The notes: a model not told the origin generated them from the sequence alone. 64,000 nt of DNA from Candidatus Latescibacterota bacterium (GCA_965226795.1 CBDDDZ010000005.1:96001-160000), one strand, 5' to 3'; positions 40,199 to 50,397 are shown, numbered from the stretch's first letter. Translations and numbers: made by a program.

Positions 40199-40256
40199 AA
40201 AGGTCCAGGAACGTATTGGCTTGTGGTTTCCGGCCACCGGCTCAGGAATGACGGTT

Positions 40257-41258
40257 TCAGTACGCCCATTTCAGAAGGGCGCTTCCCCAGGTGTAGCCGG
40301 CCCCCGCGCTGGCCACTACGATGTAGTCGTCCCGCTTGACGCGGTTCTGTTCGACCGCTTCGGAAAGCGCGATGGGAATTGTGCCGCACGTCGTGTTAGC
40401 GTATCGATCGATGTTGATCAGCACGCGTTCCGGCGCCAGTTTCATTCGGCGGGCCGTGGCGTCGATGATTCGTTTATTCGCCTGGTGAGGCACGAGCAGG
40501 GCGATATCGTCGCCGCTTAGCCCGTTCCGTTCCAGCAGATCGACCGATACCGCAGCCATGCTGCTGCTGGCGAACTTGAGCACACGGGGCCCGTCCTGGT
40601 GAACGTAATGCATTTTTTCGTTCACGGTTTCGTGGCTGGCCGGACGCAGGCTGCCGCCGGCCGGCTGGCAGAGGTACTGGCCGCCCGATCCGTCCACCTT
40701 CAGGATAAAGTCCTGAATGCCGGCCCCGGTATCATCGGGTTCCAGAAGGACGGCCCCCGCACCGTCTCCGAACAGGATGCAGGTTTCCCGGTTGGTGTAG
40801 TCGACGACGGAACTCATTTTGTCGGCGCCGATGACCACCACTTTCCTGTGGGCTCCGCTCTCGACAAACTGCCCGCCGACGACAAGCGCGTACAGGAACC
40901 CGCAGCAGGCGGCGGAAAGGTCGAACCCCCACGCGTTTTCAGCCCCCACGTTGTGCTGCACGAGGCATGCCGTGGCGGGGTACATCATGTCGGGCGTCAC
41001 GGTTGCGACAATAATCAGGTCGATTTCGCTGGCATCCAGGCCTTTTTGTTCGAGCAGGGACTGCATCGCCCGGGTGGCCATGTGGGAGGCGCCCAGGCCG
41101 TCCTCGAGGATGCGCCGTTCTACAATACCCGTTCGCGATCGAATCCATTCGTCCGATGTATCCACCATCTGTTCCAGGTCGGCATTCGTCAGGCGGCGTT
41201 CGGGGAGAAAACGGGAGACGCCGGTGACGGAAGCATTGACTTTTTTATTCATAGGCAA
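40257..41258 (-). CDS. fabH: 3-oxoacyl-ACP synthase III
   Basis: DTSDEWIRSRTGI, AACCGF, FGDGAGA, PHQAN. Confidence 0.95.
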   Translation of the reverse strand: MPMNKKVNASVTGVSRFLPERRLTNADLEQMVDTSDEWIRSRTGIVERRILEDGLGASHMATRAMQSLLEQKGLDASEIDLIIVATVTPDMMYPATACLVQHNVGAENAWGFDLSAACCGFLYALVVGGQFVESGAHRKVVVIGADKMSSVVDYTNRETCILFGDGAGAVLLEPDDTGAGIQDFILKVDGSGGQYLCQPAGGSLRPASHETVNEKMHYVHQDGPRVLKFASSSMAAVSVDLLERNGLSGDDIALLVPHQANKRIIDATARRMKLAPERVLINIDRYANTTCGTIPIALSEAVEQNRVKRDDYIVVASAGAGYTWGSALLKWAY

Positions 41259-41308
41259 GGATAACGATTCAGGGGATAACGAACGGGATGCACTGCCGGA
41301 TCCGGGAA

Positions 41309-41491
41309 TCAGACTTTTTCGCCTTCGGTCACTTCGCGGCCGTTGTATTGCCCGCAGTTGGCGCAGACCCGGTGAGGTCTGCGCGGCTGGCCGCAGTTGG
41401 GACAGTCGGCGAAAGCGGGCTTCGAGAGCTTCCAGTGGGTCCGCCGCTTGTTCCTTCGTGAATTGGAACTTCTGCGTTTCGGGTGCGCCAT
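41309..41491 (-). CDS. rpmF: 50S ribosomal protein L32
   Basis: MAHPKRR...CPNCG...[11 protein letters not shown]. Confidence 0.95.
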   Translation of the reverse strand: MAHPKRRSSNSRRNKRRTHWKLSKPAFADCPNCGQPRRPHRVCANCGQYNGREVTEGEKV

Positions 41492-41505
41492 TTTGATGTG
41501 CTCCT

Positions 41506-42018
41506 TCAGGATTGGTCTTTAAGGGCTCTCAGGGCTTCCCAGCGGGGGTCGATTCGGGTTGTCGTGCAGTTGCACTGCGTCAGGTTGAGGTTCTCCCCGC
41601 ACGTTGGACAAAGCCCCTCACACGACGTCTTGCACAGGGGATTCAACGGCATTTCGAGCAGGATATAGTCCTTGATTTCCTTGCCCAGGTCCACCTTGTC
41701 TCCGGATCTGTCCAGCCAGATCAGGGTTTCTTCATCATCATCCTTCATGGATTCCGGACGGTTTTTCTGGAAGACGAATTTGAAATCGGACGAGAGGGAG
41801 AACGAGACGGGTTCCAGGCATCGCACGCAATCGAGCCGAAGGTCGGCATGCGTCTTTCCGCTTGCCGAAATGGATTCACCGACCTTGACGAACTCGATGC
41901 GCGTTTTGATGGGACCCACGAATTGCAGATCCTCATCCTGGATATGTAACTCTTCGGGGGTCTCTTCCCAGTCGAGACTGGCCGTGCCCGCGTTGAGTTC
42001 GTTGAGTTTGACGATCAT
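41506..42018 (-). CDS. yceD: DUF177/YceD family protein
   Basis: [30 protein letters not shown]; upstream of rpmF. Confidence 0.92.
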   Translation of the reverse strand: MIVKLNELNAGTASLDWEETPEELHIQDEDLQFVGPIKTRIEFVKVGESISASGKTHADLRLDCVRCLEPVSFSLSSDFKFVFQKNRPESMKDDDEETLIWLDRSGDKVDLGKEIKDYILLEMPLNPLCKTSCEGLCPTCGENLNLTQCNCTTTRIDPRWEALRALKDQS

Positions 42019-42078
42019 TGAAAAGTATCCATCGGATTGGTATCGTGCCAGACTGCTGATGCTTGCTTACCAGGCGAA

Positions 42079-43257
42079 CTAACGATCCAGGTCCTTTTCT
42101 TTAATTCTTGCCCACAATTCGCTTACTCCAGCTGAGATTTCATTGGAGAATTTACTCCTGGCTCCATCGTGTGCCATTAGCTCAAGATCGCTACGATCCG
42201 GGAATTTCAAATTCGGACGCGGAAATTCTTTAAACCAGGGCCACCACCAATCACTCTTACCTGGCCCAAGTTTCTCCTTGAACTCGTTGTACTCGACTTC
42301 ATGGCTTTCCTGGGAGCAAGTCACACCATATCGAATGCAGTTTCCGACTGTAATGCCAAGTGATGCGCTTTTCCTATTCTTAAACCTATAGGATGTGCCT
42401 TGCCACTGGTATTTGCGTTGTCTGGTGACGAATTCCCCTATAAATCCCTTGAACGTATCTTCTGGATTGTTCTTGTTGGGGAGATCTGGAATATTGCTTA
42501 GACCGGACGTAATTTTATTCCAAAGCTTTTGCAGTAATGTAATTCTCGCATCGACCAAGGCCTTATTCAGGTCATAAACGAGTCCGATGTTTTCGGCTTC
42601 CTCGCAAAGATCTACCAACTCCTTCATGTATGCCTCACTTAAGTCCGTACCTGTAAGCTTTGCGACCAGATGTCGATACTGGACGATCGACTCTCGCAAC
42701 GCCGGTTCGTCGTACGCGCGTTTCTGGCAACACTCCAACCATGGGCGAATATCGTCCCTGTAGGAGATGCATTTTACGTCGAGACTGCCGTGGCTGTGTT
42801 CCTCGGGTTCGTGGCCGTCAAGCGTAAGGTAAAGCAAATGTGAATCATAACCATCTCGCTTTTGTTGCTCGTCGTATCTCTGTAGTTGCTCGGGTTGATC
42901 TGCAGCCCAGATTTTGTTTTCGATAACAACTGCTTGCATTGATGAGGGGTCGCGGATCAGGATGTCGACCTCGGCACTTTCCCGGTCGACCCGTGCGCTT
43001 TTTGAACAGACAACGGGCACGTCATCGTCTTTGTAGACAGAGTCCAAGAAATCCTTGAGGTTCTCTCGCGATGCTTCAGCCGACTCCCGATAATCGAGCA
43101 GCGCGTGCAGAAACCTTGAGTGGAGATTCACTTCATCGTGTGCGGTGCGAAGAACTGTAAATACATTGAATGGTTCCCTGCGTCCGGCCTCGTGTTTCTC
43201 GTAGAGACGTGCTACTTCCAACAACAACAATCGATATCTGTCAATCGTGTCCTGCAT
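42079..43257 (-). CDS. PD-(D/E)XK nuclease family protein (PDDEXK_4-like)
   Basis: FNVFTVL...EVNLHSRFL, VDILI...VVIENKIWAADQPEQLQRY, LYLTLDG; more AT-rich than the flanks. Confidence 0.85.
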   Translation of the reverse strand: MQDTIDRYRLLLLEVARLYEKHEAGRREPFNVFTVLRTAHDEVNLHSRFLHALLDYRESAEASRENLKDFLDSVYKDDDVPVVCSKSARVDRESAEVDILIRDPSSMQAVVIENKIWAADQPEQLQRYDEQQKRDGYDSHLLYLTLDGHEPEEHSHGSLDVKCISYRDDIRPWLECCQKRAYDEPALRESIVQYRHLVAKLTGTDLSEAYMKELVDLCEEAENIGLVYDLNKALVDARITLLQKLWNKITSGLSNIPDLPNKNNPEDTFKGFIGEFVTRQRKYQWQGTSYRFKNRKSASLGITVGNCIRYGVTCSQESHEVEYNEFKEKLGPGKSDWWWPWFKEFPRPNLKFPDRSDLELMAHDGARSKFSNEISAGVSELWARIKEKDLDR

Positions 43258-43266
43258 GTCTTATTG

Positions 43267-43692
43267 TTACCTTGATGCCTGGAGTGCGCCTTCTCCGAAG
43301 AAAAGGGCGATTTCATTGGCGGCGGTTTCGGGCGAGTCCGACGCATGCACGGCGTTGCACTGTACGTTCGTGCCGAAATCTCTGCGTATGGTCCCTTCGG
43401 CAGCTTCTGCCGAGTCGGTGACGCCTACGACCTCGCGCAGGAACGAGACCGCACTCTCCCGCTCGAGCGCGAGCGGCACCACAGGGCCGGAGGTCATGAA
43501 ATCGATCAACCCGTCAAAAAACGGTCGTCCAGAGTGTACCGCGTAAAACCGGGTGGCCTCCTTGCGCGAGAGTCGCGTCATTTTCAGGTGCCGGATCTTG
43601 AACCCCCCGTCTTCCACCCGTTTGAGAATGGCGCCGATGGCATTCCGGGAGACCGCGTCCGGTTTGATAATCATCAATGTGCATTCCGCCAT
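43267..43692 (-). CDS. ndk: Nucleoside diphosphate kinase
   Basis: TLMIIKPDAV, FMTSGP, GTIRRDFG, NAVHASDS. Confidence 0.96.
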   Translation of the reverse strand: MAECTLMIIKPDAVSRNAIGAILKRVEDGGFKIRHLKMTRLSRKEATRFYAVHSGRPFFDGLIDFMTSGPVVPLALERESAVSFLREVVGVTDSAEAAEGTIRRDFGTNVQCNAVHASDSPETAANEIALFFGEGALQASR

Positions 43693-43800
43693 CGGCGTCC
43701 GCGCTTTGCATCCGGGTTCGAGAGCTCAAGATTGCGTATCACGCTGAAGGTGAAGAAGATAGATTTTCTCAGTGGATTTGTCAATATCAAACTTCGTATG

Positions 43801-43826
43801 TGAGCTATCAGCTATCAGCGGTCAAC
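43801..43826. repeat. Short heptamer tandem repeat (GCTATCA)n
   Basis: GAGCTATCAGCTATCAGCGGTCA; related run at 44310-44348. Confidence 0.5.
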
Positions 43827-43905
43827 CTACAGCTCAAAGGCGGCGATCTCAATGAATCGATGTCTGCGCGGAGCGCGCCTCGATCACCGCAGGCACGGTT
43901 TTTTT

Positions 43906-43931
43906 GTAGGGGCGGTTCGAGAACCGCCCTC
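43906..43931. repeat. GTAG-type REP palindrome
   Basis: GTAGGGGCGGTTCGAGAACCGCCCT: GTAG followed by a GC hairpin. Confidence 0.7.
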
Positions 43932-43955
43932 CCGTGGCAGGGTGGGCGCAGCTCG

Positions 43956-44300
43956 TCAGGATTTCTTCAGTAGGGATCTCAGATGGAATCCCGCAGCCGC
44001 GGCGAGCCCCCCGACGAGGCCGCCGATCAGCGCTGCGAGCGCGACCAGCGCGGAAGGATGAGAAAGACCGGCGATTCCCGCAATCTTCACGGTGAGAATG
44101 CCACCGGATTTCAGATGGATATAACCTGCGGCAGCCAGCCACAGGATTCCCGCACCCGCGAATCCGGACCCCAGCGCCTTCCATGCGGAGGGTGCCTTCC
44201 AGAAACCCGCCACGACTCCCGCCAGGCCGACTCCCCACCACGGCAGCGTCAGGCCGGCAATCAGGCCGAATACGACAACATATATCGCGGTTGTGATCAT
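43956..44300 (-). CDS. Small hydrophobic membrane protein
   Basis: About 114 aa from the ATG at 44300, Gly/Ala-rich transmembrane segments, LPWW motif. Confidence 0.65.
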   Translation of the reverse strand: MITTAIYVVVFGLIAGLTLPWWGVGLAGVVAGFWKAPSAWKALGSGFAGAGILWLAAAGYIHLKSGGILTVKIAGIAGLSHPSALVALAALIGGLVGGLAAAAGFHLRSLLKKS

Positions 44301-44455
44301 ATGAAGTAAGCTGTCAGCTATCAGCGTACAGCATTCAGCCAACAGCAAAAAGCGGACAGCAACAGTCTTAGAGCAAACAGTGGTTGGCGGTACGACCGAC
44401 GATCCACGCGGCGGTCCTTCGCGATTTACATTACGGCCGCCCTGACCGGGCGGCA

Positions 44456-44664
44456 GGGGCTTTTCCGCGCTGATCCGTCCAGCAATGCGGCTAGCCAACG
44501 CCCATGATGTCAGCAGGCCACCATACCTGGCCTATGCCCACTGCGGCGATTCGCGGAAAAGCAGCCCCGCGGCGTTTGAGCGGCCTGCCTGCGCCGAGCC
44601 GTGCTCGGCAGGCAGGCGCCGTTCTTTTTCGTCCTTTTTCTTTGGCGAGAAAGAAAAAAGGACG
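44456..44664. repeat. Structured dispersed element, copy 1
   Basis: Three stems (GCTTTTCCGCG/CGCGGAAAAGC; GCCGAGC/GCTCGGC; CGTCCTTTTTCTTT/AAAGAAAAAAGGACG); homologous to 47401-47621. Confidence 0.75.
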
Positions 44665-44839
44665 AAAAAAAAACAAAAAGCAAAAGGGAGAGGAAATGTC
44701 TGTATCTGCCCGGAACGCAGTTCCAGCAACGGTAGTCCAGCAATAGAGGAGGTAAAAAGATGCAATAGGTAAAACGTAAAAGGACCACTCAACGCAGATA
44801 CTCGCGTTCAATCCTCTCCGGACCGGCCGTTGACCAGCA

Positions 44840-47242
44840 TCAACCTTTCCTCGTACTACGCCCACCACCGTCCTCCGGCGTTCGCATAAACAGCAGTTCG
44901 TCGAGTTCGCCTCTTGCCCACGTGTCGACAAAGCTGTCGTAGTGACGGCTGCCCGGGTTGCCGGACTGCCCGCCCGGATAGATTCCCCACGCCCGCACGT
45001 CAGGACCCAGCGCGACGACCATGCGCCAGCAGGGGCCATGGCCGCGGTTGGTTGCATTGACGATGTCGCCGCCGCCGCCGACGAACAGGTTCATACGCGA
45101 GAATTGAGGGATCTTCAGCAGGTGTCTGATGTCCGCACCCTTGTAGCGTCCCCACTTCCAGGCCTCGCCTATAGGTCCCTGCCTGCCGGTCAACTCAATG
45201 CATGTTGACTCAAACGTACTGCGGGCGAGGTCTGCCAGGGTCTCGACCTGTTCCGTCCGCGTGTTGTCATACCACCTTGCGTCGGGCTCACCGAGGATCA
45301 ACTTGACCGTCCGATCGCTGGATGGGAGTTGTAAACCGGGCCCCGGGGCGCTGAATTCATCCTCCCAGATTGCCCGGTAGAGCTTTCCCCACCACGTGTC
45401 GAATACGGTGGGGGCGATCTTGTCGGCATCCGCGAAATAATCCCAGGTCTGAAGTTCCCGATAGACAGCTTCATGGTCACCGGTCAGAACGGCTGGCTCG
45501 ATGAAGGACAGGAGGGTGGGCAGGATGGACCGGGCCCTGAGATGCTTTGTGTCGAGTTGTAAGGCGCGGAAGTCATCGGGTGTGATATCCGTCATTTCAG
45601 CCAGGCGTTCGTTGATTCGCCGGGCGCGCGTCGGGGAGGAATGGCCTTCGGTCAGCCAATACGGATACGAGGAATCCGCGGGGCGCTGGTTGGCGGAACT
45701 CACAAAGCCTCGCTCCGGATTTTTGACGTGGGGCTTGTGGGCGTGCGGTATCCAGTTCTGCCAGTCGTGGAGAGGATCCGAACCGTCGGCAATGAAGACG
45801 CCCTGACCCTCCCACCGTACCGGAAACTTGCCGCTGTGCCAGATTGCGATATTACCCTCAACGTCGGCATAAGCGAAGTTCTGGGCGGGAGCGTTGAGGT
45901 GGGAGAGCGCCTCGACGAAGTCATTGTAGTCGCGTGCGGAATTGAGGCGGTGACAGGTCAGCCACTCGTTCCCGCCGTCGTGAGCCACCCACCGGAACGC
46001 ATGGCGTTCGGGTATCCGCAAGTCCGAGGGAGTGTAGTTTGAATCCCTCACGACGGGTCCGTGATGAGTGTAGCGCACGGTGTCTCGAATGGTCGCTTCA
46101 CCGCGCACCTTGATTTCTTCGACCACCGTTTTCACGGGGCGCCATGCGCCGCCGTGACGGTATTCCTGCAGCGTGTCATCCCTGAAGGTAATCTCGTACC
46201 AGTCCGATACATCCGTTCCCGCATTCGTGAGTCCCCACGCGATATTCCGGTTGAATCCGATGACCACGCCCGGTCCTCCCGGGAGCGATACGCCGTAGAC
46301 GTTGAGGGAAGGGTTGACGAGTTGAATCTCATACCAGAGCGACGGCAGCGCGAGGCCCAGGTGCGGGTCGTTCGCAAGTATGGGATATCCGCTGGCGGTC
46401 CTGGTTCCCGAGACCGCCCAGTTGTTGCTTCCGATTCCGGCGCTGGTTTCCGTGCCGTACGACCCTCGCTTGAACGGCGTATCGGGCCGGATGACTTTTC
46501 GGGGTTCGAAATTCCAGGGCGTTTCCCCGGGGATCACCGTATCGCCGCCAACGGATCCGGACGAGAACAGGTCTCTGACTACTCCCTCGCCGAACCGGTC
46601 GAGCGTGTTGTTCATCCTGAGATCCGAGTTCCGACCGCTCAGGATCCAGGCCATGGACTTGATCAGGATCGCGCATTTCAGCGGGGTCCAGGGCTCGGGG
46701 TTGTAGCCCAGAAGTTTGTACTCAATGGGGTAATCTTCTTCGCGCAGGCTGCCGATGTACGCGTTGACGCCCTCGGTGTATGCCGTTACGGAGAGCCGGG
46801 TTACGGGCGCGGCCATCATTTCCTTGAGCGTACTGCGTGCGGCGTGGACCAGGCCGACGCGCCTCTGATACCGGTCTCGCTCCAGGGCGCCGGATCCCAG
46901 GATTTCTGCAAGGCGCCCGGCCGCGGCGGCGGTCTGAAACTCCATCTGCCAAAGACGGTCCCTTGCTGTTACGTACCCCTGGGCGAAAAACAGGTCCCGG
47001 TCGTTCTTCGCGAAGATATGCGGCACGCGGCGGTCGTCATACACGACCGTTACAGGCTCGAGCAGTCCCCCGATTCGTAACGTGCCGTCCGCGGGCGGGT
47101 CTCCTGTTTCGGCATTCTGCCAGAAACCGTGAAAGGGACTCAGGAATACCCCCGCGGCAGGAAATCCGCCCATTCGGGTATCCAGAGCAAGAACGACAAT
47201 CACGGTAATGGCAGCGAAAGCGATGAACTTGATCCAGGGCAT
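44840..47242 (-). CDS. Penicillin acylase family Ntn hydrolase (peptidase S45)
   Basis: N-terminal TM/signal, VPHIFA, AQGYVTARDRLWQM, GSNNWAV nucleophile, ANDPHL, PGGQSGNPGSRHY. Confidence 0.92.
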   Translation of the reverse strand: MPWIKFIAFAAITVIVVLALDTRMGGFPAAGVFLSPFHGFWQNAETGDPPADGTLRIGGLLEPVTVVYDDRRVPHIFAKNDRDLFFAQGYVTARDRLWQMEFQTAAAAGRLAEILGSGALERDRYQRRVGLVHAARSTLKEMMAAPVTRLSVTAYTEGVNAYIGSLREEDYPIEYKLLGYNPEPWTPLKCAILIKSMAWILSGRNSDLRMNNTLDRFGEGVVRDLFSSGSVGGDTVIPGETPWNFEPRKVIRPDTPFKRGSYGTETSAGIGSNNWAVSGTRTASGYPILANDPHLGLALPSLWYEIQLVNPSLNVYGVSLPGGPGVVIGFNRNIAWGLTNAGTDVSDWYEITFRDDTLQEYRHGGAWRPVKTVVEEIKVRGEATIRDTVRYTHHGPVVRDSNYTPSDLRIPERHAFRWVAHDGGNEWLTCHRLNSARDYNDFVEALSHLNAPAQNFAYADVEGNIAIWHSGKFPVRWEGQGVFIADGSDPLHDWQNWIPHAHKPHVKNPERGFVSSANQRPADSSYPYWLTEGHSSPTRARRINERLAEMTDITPDDFRALQLDTKHLRARSILPTLLSFIEPAVLTGDHEAVYRELQTWDYFADADKIAPTVFDTWWGKLYRAIWEDEFSAPGPGLQLPSSDRTVKLILGEPDARWYDNTRTEQVETLADLARSTFESTCIELTGRQGPIGEAWKWGRYKGADIRHLLKIPQFSRMNLFVGGGGDIVNATNRGHGPCWRMVVALGPDVRAWGIYPGGQSGNPGSRHYDSFVDTWARGELDELLFMRTPEDGGGRSTRKG

Positions 47243-47400
47243 ATCAGCTGAAAACCGGCAAGACGTCAGACGTGAGAAGGGAGAAGACCGCCGCGCCACC
47301 CAGCGGTTAGCGATACGGACCAGCGATATCTGCGCGATTATACGGGTAACCACAAGGGTTGTCTCTACGAACTCAAACCTGGCGCGCCCGGTGGAAGGGA

Positions 47401-47621
47401 GGGGGCTTTTCCGCGCGTTTCCGTTCAGCAACATAGTCCAGGAATGCCTGCGCAGGCCGCAGGGCAACGGCTCACATTCTTTCCTCAGAGGTGGTTCGCG
47501 GAAAAGCAGCCCCGCGGCGTCTGAGCGGCCTGCCTGTTATTTCCCTAGAGGCCGAGCCGTGCTCGGCAGGCAGGCGCCGTTCTTTTTGGCCCTTTTTCTT
47601 TGGCGAGAAAGAAAAAGGGCG
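47401..47621. repeat. Structured dispersed element, copy 2
   Basis: Same three stems as 44456-44664 in the same orientation, with a ~13-nt insertion and compensatory changes in the last stem. Confidence 0.75.
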
Positions 47622-47717
47622 TTAAGAAATAAATAATAAAGGGTTTAGGAGAATGATCGCGTTAGCCCGGAGCGCGACCTATCATACGTCTTTCTTATCT
47701 TTGTGTCGTCATTCCGC

Positions 47718-48173
47718 TCATGTTGCCCGGCTGTCCTTAACGGTAATCCCCTTTGCCTCCGCGAATGCGGTAGCCGTAGCGATCATTTCGGGTTTGATGG
47801 TCTGGTTGTCACTATAACTCAATGCGGTGAAGTCAATCTTTACGCTTTTTCCGTTGTCCAGCTTGAACACGACTTTCATCAACTCGATATGAATCTCCGA
47901 GACTGACGTCCACGGGATTCTCCGGTGCCTGAACAATCCTCTTTCAATCTCCAGATTCGCATCGTTAAACGCGATTATGTGTCTGTTTAAACGGTGCAGG
48001 AGTCCAGCGCCAGACAAAACGATCAGACCCGCCCCTAACTGGACGGCGCCCAGCAACGTGTTTTCCTGCAAATACATGAGGCCAAGAATGATCCATATGA
48101 CACCCAGACTCGTCCATAACACGCGAAATGGCCGGGTTACCGGTACGGTAAGATCAAAAGTCCGCTCTTCCAT
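47718..48173 (-). CDS. Small membrane protein (2 TM + PH-like domain), paralog A
   Basis: ATG at 48173 behind AAGGAGG; shares IPWTS..EIH..LMK..F.L.NGK.V and DNQ..KP with 51430..51858. Confidence 0.75.
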   Translation of the reverse strand: MEERTFDLTVPVTRPFRVLWTSLGVIWIILGLMYLQENTLLGAVQLGAGLIVLSGAGLLHRLNRHIIAFNDANLEIERGLFRHRRIPWTSVSEIHIELMKVVFKLDNGKSVKIDFTALSYSDNQTIKPEMIATATAFAEAKGITVKDSRAT

Positions 48174-48618
48174 GGATGCAACCTCCTTCTTGGATGAACA
48201 ATGAGGTATAATCGCATGCGAGAGGGTACGATACCGAGCCGAACTGTTTGCTCGATTATTCACCGGCTGATTCGGCTCCAGGACAATTGATACAGTTGAT
48301 AGGGTAATGTACGCCCTTTCGGGTCAACACGTGAACCAAAAATAATGCGCCTTGCTTTCGCGGGGAATGCCTTGCGCAGATGGAAGAAAGGTCCTAATCG
48401 AGCGTAGTCGAGTCTGGAAACACGCCTCAGGTTCCGTCGCGTCTCGATTCGCTTTCGGATGGTTGAGGCCATGCGCCAAAAAGACAATCCGAGCGCGAGT
48501 TGCCTTTCCCTATCCATCCGCCGTGGCTATATTGATGGAGCGAAACTCCTACCCTGTACAATAGGTTAATCGACCGGGATGTTCAGGCTAAGGCCGCGAC
48601 TGATCTCGAAAGACGCCC

Positions 48619-49521
48619 ATGAAATATCGGTTCTACATCCTGGACGTATTCAGCCGTACTGCATTCGGGGGAAACCAGCTGGCGGTCCTGCCGGATGCGA
48701 GGGGTCTAAGCGCGGATGGCATGCAGAAGGTCGCGCGCGAGTTCAATTTCTCCGAAACCGCTTACGTGTTTCCGCCCACAAACGAGACCGCGACGGCCCG
48801 GGTGCGAATCTTCACACCGAACGCCGAGGTGGACTTTGCCGGCCATCCGACTGTGGGAACGGCGTGCGCCCTTCACTATAGCGGCCATACGGATTCAGAA
48901 AGCGTTATTCTCGAAGAGAACGTCGGCCGGATCCCGGTGAGGATATCGAATAAGGAAGGCGTATTGTACGGTACTCTGACCAGCGATGCTCCACTGGAAC
49001 ACCCGGCGGAGAAACCCCCGATTGCGTCGCTTGCGGCAGTCCTTTCCCTCGACGGGGACGACGTCCTAGACGGGTTCTTCGCCGGAATGGGATTGAACTT
49101 CTGTTTCGCGCACCTGGCGTCGAGAGAGGCCGTAGACCGCGCATCGATCGACAAACTGGCATGGGGCAGATTGCTTTCGGATGCACGGTCGTCCGATATA
49201 TTTTTCTTCGCGGGCGAACTGAATTCCGGCGCGGAGATCTATGCACGGATGTTCGGCGCCCGCCCATGGCATCGAAGAAGATCCGGCCACGGGCAGCGCT
49301 GTCGCCGCGCTTGTCGGCGTCGCGGGGCTGAGAAGCGGAATTCGGTCCGGTGCACGGTGGAACTTGCAGTGACCCAGGGAGTTAAGATCGGTCGCACCAG
49401 CAGAATGGACGCGGTGGCTCGTTTGCGGGACGGGAAGGTCGTTTCCGTCGACGTGGGCGGTCCCGCCGTTTTAACCGCGTCCGGTGAGATTGAGGTCGGC
49501 GACGAATGGTTGGTGGTCTGA
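48619..49521 (+). CDS. PhzF-family isomerase/epimerase with an internal pair of compensating frameshifts
   Basis: DVF...GGNQLAV, NFSETAYV, RIFTP..EVDFAGHPTVG; the GIEEDPATGSA motif is present only in the +1 frame (about 49255-49350). Confidence 0.85.
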   Translation: MKYRFYILDVFSRTAFGGNQLAVLPDARGLSADGMQKVAREFNFSETAYVFPPTNETATARVRIFTPNAEVDFAGHPTVGTACALHYSGHTDSESVILEENVGRIPVRISNKEGVLYGTLTSDAPLEHPAEKPPIASLAAVLSLDGDDVLDGFFAGMGLNFCFAHLASREAVDRASIDKLAWGRLLSDARSSDIFFFAGELNSGAEIYARMFGARPWHRRRSGHGQRCRRACRRRGAEKRNSVRCTVELAVTQGVKIGRTSRMDAVARLRDGKVVSVDVGGPAVLTASGEIEVGDEWLVV

Positions 49522-49539
49522 CCCGGAGGTGACGAGGCG

Positions 49540-50298
49540 ATGCGGCTGTTGATCGTGGATGGCTGGACCAGGGAAGGGAACCTGTCCCATGCGGTTGCCG
49601 GGTGCGAGAAACAGGCAGGTGTCTTCGAGTCGCTCGTCCGGGAATGCCTGCCTGAAACGGACATCCGGATCGTCGACACCCACAGCGACGCCGGACCGGC
49701 AGACCTGGACTTCAGCCAGTTCGATGCCGCTATTTGGACAGGCGGCGGCGGCAACATCTATAAAAACGATCTCTTTAATCGGCGCCAACTCGAATTGGGC
49801 GAGCGCGTGCTTGCAGATGTTCCTCACGTCTGGGGCAGCTGCTGGGGGTTTCAAGTTATCGTGACCGTCTGCGGCGGGGAGGTGGCGCCGGCCCGCACGC
49901 CGGAAATCGGAATCGCAGCCGGCATAACGGTCCGATCAATGGATTATGCTGAGACCATTTATCGAGGCAAACCGCCCATCTTCGATGCGCCCGCTCATCA
50001 TTTCGACGAGATTGCACAACTGCCAGGCGGGTTTGACATTATCGCCGAAAACGCGATTACGCTGCAGGCCGTTGTATCGAAGGACAAGCGCGTCACCTGT
50101 ACGCAATATCATCCTGAGTTGCCCTACGACTACATCGGAAAGCTGCTTGTCCATTGGGCGCCGAATTACACGTCGATGTTCACGGAGGATGCGTTTCAGA
50201 ATCTGCTGGCGGGCTTGAAGAAAAAAGAGAAAGCGGAAAGAAGCCTGAGGAAAATCGAATTCAGAAACTGGCTGGAATTTGTCGGGAAGGGCAGGTAG
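49540..50298 (+). CDS. Class I glutamine amidotransferase-like protein
   Basis: IWTGG, nucleophile elbow GSCWGFQ, QYHPE. Confidence 0.85.
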   Translation: MRLLIVDGWTREGNLSHAVAGCEKQAGVFESLVRECLPETDIRIVDTHSDAGPADLDFSQFDAAIWTGGGGNIYKNDLFNRRQLELGERVLADVPHVWGSCWGFQVIVTVCGGEVAPARTPEIGIAAGITVRSMDYAETIYRGKPPIFDAPAHHFDEIAQLPGGFDIIAENAITLQAVVSKDKRVTCTQYHPELPYDYIGKLLVHWAPNYTSMFTEDAFQNLLAGLKKKEKAERSLRKIEFRNWLEFVGKGR

Positions 50299-50397
50299 CC
50301 TTATTAGTTCAGAAACAGGAACTTACATGGATAGACAGGATGGGCAGGATAAAACAGGAAGAAGGACCCCACGAAAGTGAGAAATCGCTCAAAAGAC

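Noticed and set aside
48619..50298. Phenazine biosynthesis cluster
   Set aside because: Only a PhzF-family gene and a GATase; no phzA/B/D/E/G.
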